Assembly: GCA_965112735.1 (NCBI GenBank)
Contig: OZ218959.1
Location: forward strand, 3,162,001-3,226,000
DNA: 64,000 bases
DNA from: Phaeosaccion multiseriatum
Taxonomy: Eukaryota > Protista > Ochrophyta, other classes
Direction: 5' to 3'
Shown: positions 60,736-64,000 of the stretch, one piece after another
Position numbering within the stretch: the stretch's first letter is position 1
How the letters are laid out: the number at the start of each line of letters is the position of its first letter
Translations under genes and position numbers: made by a program
The notes under the pieces: model-generated
Told to the model about the DNA's origin: nothing
Seen by the model: only the letters and a program-made list of their open reading frames with translations
Database searches by the model: none

Positions 60736-63700
60736 CCTCTCTCTCTCTTCTCTCTCTCTCTCTCTCTGTCTCTGACTCACCGCTCCCTCCGCTGCCCCTC
60801 CGCTGCCCCTCCCTTTCCCCTCCTCTGTCCTGCCCACCTCCCGTTGCAGAATGGTGCAGTGGCGCAAAGTCCGAGCCTTGCTCAACTGGCGACGTCGCTG
60901 TAGTTGGGTCATGGTGCTTCGAAGCGCCAACGAGGCACCTTCCCGAGCCATGACACTCCGGAGGCTTCGACTCAGGAGGGGATTTGGAGCTCTAAGGAGG
61001 AGGGGGTGGGTAGAGGCCAAGGAAGGACGAAGGGGAGTGGAATGTGCGCGTCGGTATGAGAGGAGGGAGGGATTGAGAATGGGGGTGGAGGTTTGGCGGG
61101 GTCAGGTGCAGGTGAGGCTTGGGGTGGTGGAGAGAGTCTGGGGGGTGGGGGGTGAGGGGGTGAGGAGGTGGAGGATGAGGAGGGGGTTGGAGGGGCTGAC
61201 GGGGTGGAGGGAGAGGGGGGCGGAGAGGCGAGGAAGGAGGAGGGGGGCGGAAGATTGCTTGAGGCAGGGCTTGCTCTTGAAGGGTTTGGGGTTGTTAAGG
61301 GAGGCTTGGGAGAGGGGCAAGAGGGAGAGGGAAGGGCTGAAGTGGAGGCGTCGATGGGGGCTGAGGAGAGGGCTCGGCGGCAGGGAGGAGGACAAGCAGC
61401 CAGAGGCGGAGGAGGAGGAGGAGGAGGAGGAGGAGGAGGAGGAGGAGGAGGAGGAGGAGGAGGAGGAGGAGGGGGGGGAGGAGGGGAGGGGAGGAGGAGA
61501 AAGTGAGGGAGGGACGGAGTGGCACGGGGCACGACGAGGGGGAGGGCTGTGGGATTTGTGGAGCAGGGCCAGGCGCAGGCGTATGGGTATCAACAGGCTT
61601 CGGCAGCGGAGGCTGGCGACAGGCTGGGCACGGCTCGCACTGGCGGAGCACCAACTCGTGCAGCAAGAGAAGGAGGGGGAGAAGGGGAAGGACGAGGGCA
61701 CTCTTCCTGAGAGGAGGTGGAGAGGAGAGAACGTGTGCAACGCCAAGGCCGATGGCTTCATGCTGAGGCGGCGGAGGAGGATGGCACTGCACGGCCTCGG
61801 GGAGGAAGTGGCAAGGAGGGCGAGGACGATGGCAGCCCATGACAGGGCTCTTCAGTACGTTCGAGCACTCCTACTGGGGAGGGGTGTGCAGGTCCTCTGT
61901 GAGTATGGGGGGGGGAGGCGGGCGGCGAGGGAGAGGGGGAGGAGGAGGAGGAAGGCCGAGCTGCGGCGAGGGTGGGAGGGGCTCAGGCTTTGGTGGAGAG
62001 AGGGGAGGGGGCGTGTGAGTAGGGAGGGGAGGGAGCTTGAAGCGGAGGGCAGGAGGAGAAGAAAGACCTTGAGCAGGGGAGTGCAGGTGAGTGTGTGTGT
62101 GTGTGAGTGAGTGAGACAGAGGTGACAAGCACGCGCCTAGCTGGTGGAAGGCAGGGAGGGAGGGAAGGAAGGAGGGAGGGAGGGAAGGAGGGGGAGAGGG
62201 AAGAGCGGGAGGGAGGACTATCTATTCTTTTTGTCTGTCTGTCTGTCTGTCTGCCTGTCTTTCTGTCGTACTACCTGTCCGTCGTAGGGCAAGTCCAAAC
62301 GCAAAACAAACCATGTCCGCCCCTCTCCTTCCGCTGCCATCCCCCCTCCAACCCCCATGCTAAGCTTCAGTTGCTCCTTCCCTCACCTCTATCACTGTAT
62401 CACCAACTGCTGGGGCTCCTCTGCAGGCCTTGCGGACGTGGTGCGCAGGCAGCAGATGGCGACAGGCAGACAGAGCTTCACGCGAGAAGCACCAACACCT
62501 CCTCTTCCCTCCCTCACTGCACTCGTATGGGCAACAGCAGAGACAAGAGCAGCAGTCATATGGACGGCAGGAGGAGGCGCATGGACAGTTGGTGATACAG
62601 CAGCAGTATGAGCAGTTGGTGCTACAGCATGAGCAGTCGTATGGGCAGAGGCAAGCAATCACAATGAGGCCCTCTCCGGAGGGGCAGAGGCGACGACAAA
62701 GGCACGCGCTGTGTATGTGGGGGGCGGCGATGGAGAGGAGGATAGCGGCAAACCACAAGATTCAGCGTGTGTGTAGACATCTGCAGCAGCGGTATATGGA
62801 GAGATGGAAGGAGGCATCTGTGAGGGGGGTGGAGAGGCGGAGGGTGGAGGGTTGGAGGAGGGAGGGGCGGCTAAGGAGGGGGTGGAGGGAGTGGAGGGCT
62901 GCGGTGGAGGAGGGGAGAGAGAGGGAGGCGTGGAGGAGGGGGAGGAGGAGGGCGATGCTGCACAGCGCGTGGGTGCGGTGGTGGGGGACGAAGGGGGCGG
63001 GGGGGGCGAGCGGGTTATGTGCGAGGAGGAGGAGGGAGGTGGAGGGGGAGCAGCACTGGCAGAGGAGAGCCACGGCAAGGGCAATGTTGGCTTGGAGGGT
63101 GTTTCCTGTATGGCGGCAGGGGCAGCGGCAGGTGAGAGGGAGGGGAGAGAGGGAGAGGGAGGGCGGGGGAGGCATTGGCTTTGATCTCCTTCCTTCTTCC
63201 TTCTTGTTTGTCGCGATTCTTGACAATACCTAACACGCATAGTTTCTTGTGTGTGTGTGTGCATGTGCGTGTGTATGCGTGTGTGTGTGTATGTGGATAT
63301 GCGTGTGTGTGTGTGTGTGTGTGTGTGATATGTGTGGATATGCGCGTGCGTGTGCCATGCAGCGCCGAGAGATAGCGAGCGTCTTTGCACGAAACACCCA
63401 CCTGCAGCAAGGAATAGACATATGGGAGTTGGGCATTCGAACCCAGATGGCGACAGCCCTGACTCTGGAGCGAGGCTGGAGACACCGGCGCATGGCAGGC
63501 CTGAGGCGCGGATTGGAGAGGGTCAGGGAGGAGGTGGGGAGGAGGAGGAGGAGGAGGGAGGGGGGGCAGCAGTGGCGAGACTGGCGACGTCGGAAAGGGC
63601 TGCTTCGGATGCTGCTGCTGCTACGCATGAGGGGAGGAGGGGAGGGGGGGCACGACAGAAGAGTGACTATCATGACAGAGCAGCGTGGAGAGAGAGAGGA

Positions 63701-64000
63701 GGAGAGAGAGGGAGGCGGCGACATCTTGTTTTGTACTCAGAGCGGTCCAATTCGTTGGGAGGGTGGGGGCAGTTCGAGTCCGGGCGGTCATGGGAGGGAG
63801 GAGGGGGAGTGGATGTCGCCATCTGTGGGGACGAGAAGGGGGGGGGTGGGGGAGGGGGGAGGCAGCAGAAGCAGCAGCATCAGCAGAGCAAGAGGAAGAG
63901 GGATCCGGGAGAGCTCAGGGGTGCTCCAGGGGGGCTCAGGGCTGTGCCAGTTGGGGGAGGAGAGCGGGTATCACCACCAGGGGGGGCATGGGGGGGGGGG
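55675..64000 (+). CDS. Sfi1-like centrin-binding (centrosome/basal body) protein, partial
   Basis: N-terminus DVLVISEIIKRAE..ALMAASTELHAQGL..RYYGLLRRL resembles the Sfi1 N-terminal block. It is followed by many Arg-rich helices with periodic Trp (LRAWRQ, LRCWA, LEQWRK, LTGWRQ, LLNWRR, YMERWKE, MLAWRV) across many GT-AG exons. Confidence 0.7.
59812..60204. repeat. 23-bp intronic minisatellite (CCTGACACCCATCCACCCTCTGT)n
   Basis: About 17 units directly visible, ending ~30 bp before the acceptor at ~60235. Related CCTGACACCC units occur at 45770-45865. Confidence 0.92.

Noticed and set aside
1-64000. tRNA/rRNA genes, alternative genetic code or non-canonical introns
   Set aside because: None recognised; the introns I checked are GT-AG and reading frames close on standard stops.

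Overview
GC-rich, intron-rich eukaryotic nuclear DNA, probably a stramenopile alga (inferred from gene content and style; not provable here). Introns are GT-AG and packed with micro- and minisatellites. I can reconstruct nine spliced genes by hand: an ATRX-like ADD-domain gene (runs off the left edge), a small single-pass membrane protein, a secreted Cys-repeat protein, a THH1/TOM1/TOM3-type membrane protein, a two-domain cyclic-nucleotide-binding protein with a His-rich insert, a UBA-UBX-LRR protein, Sec1/Munc18, an EF-hand protein and an Sfi1-like protein (runs off the right edge). Several of these form head-to-head pairs. Two accessory islands interrupt this order. The first (~22.3-31.4 kb) holds an intronless ankyrin-like gene, a broken ANK-BTB gene and two decayed NOT4-like (RRM+CCCH) paralogues. 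It also holds a repeated upstream element shared by three cargoes and a ~1-kb fold-back palindrome built from a NOT4-like exon, with a 198-bp TIR element (6-bp TSD) inserted in one arm. The second (~39.9-43.3 kb) holds a TTAA-flanked 581-bp fold-back element and an intronless FNIP-repeat gene whose 114-bp units carry hypervariable codons in a near-invariant frame. A 21-bp motif, CAGCAGTTGGTGATACAGCAG, is dispersed through exons and introns of at least six unrelated genes on both strands. Exon boundaries were read by eye and no database searches were run.
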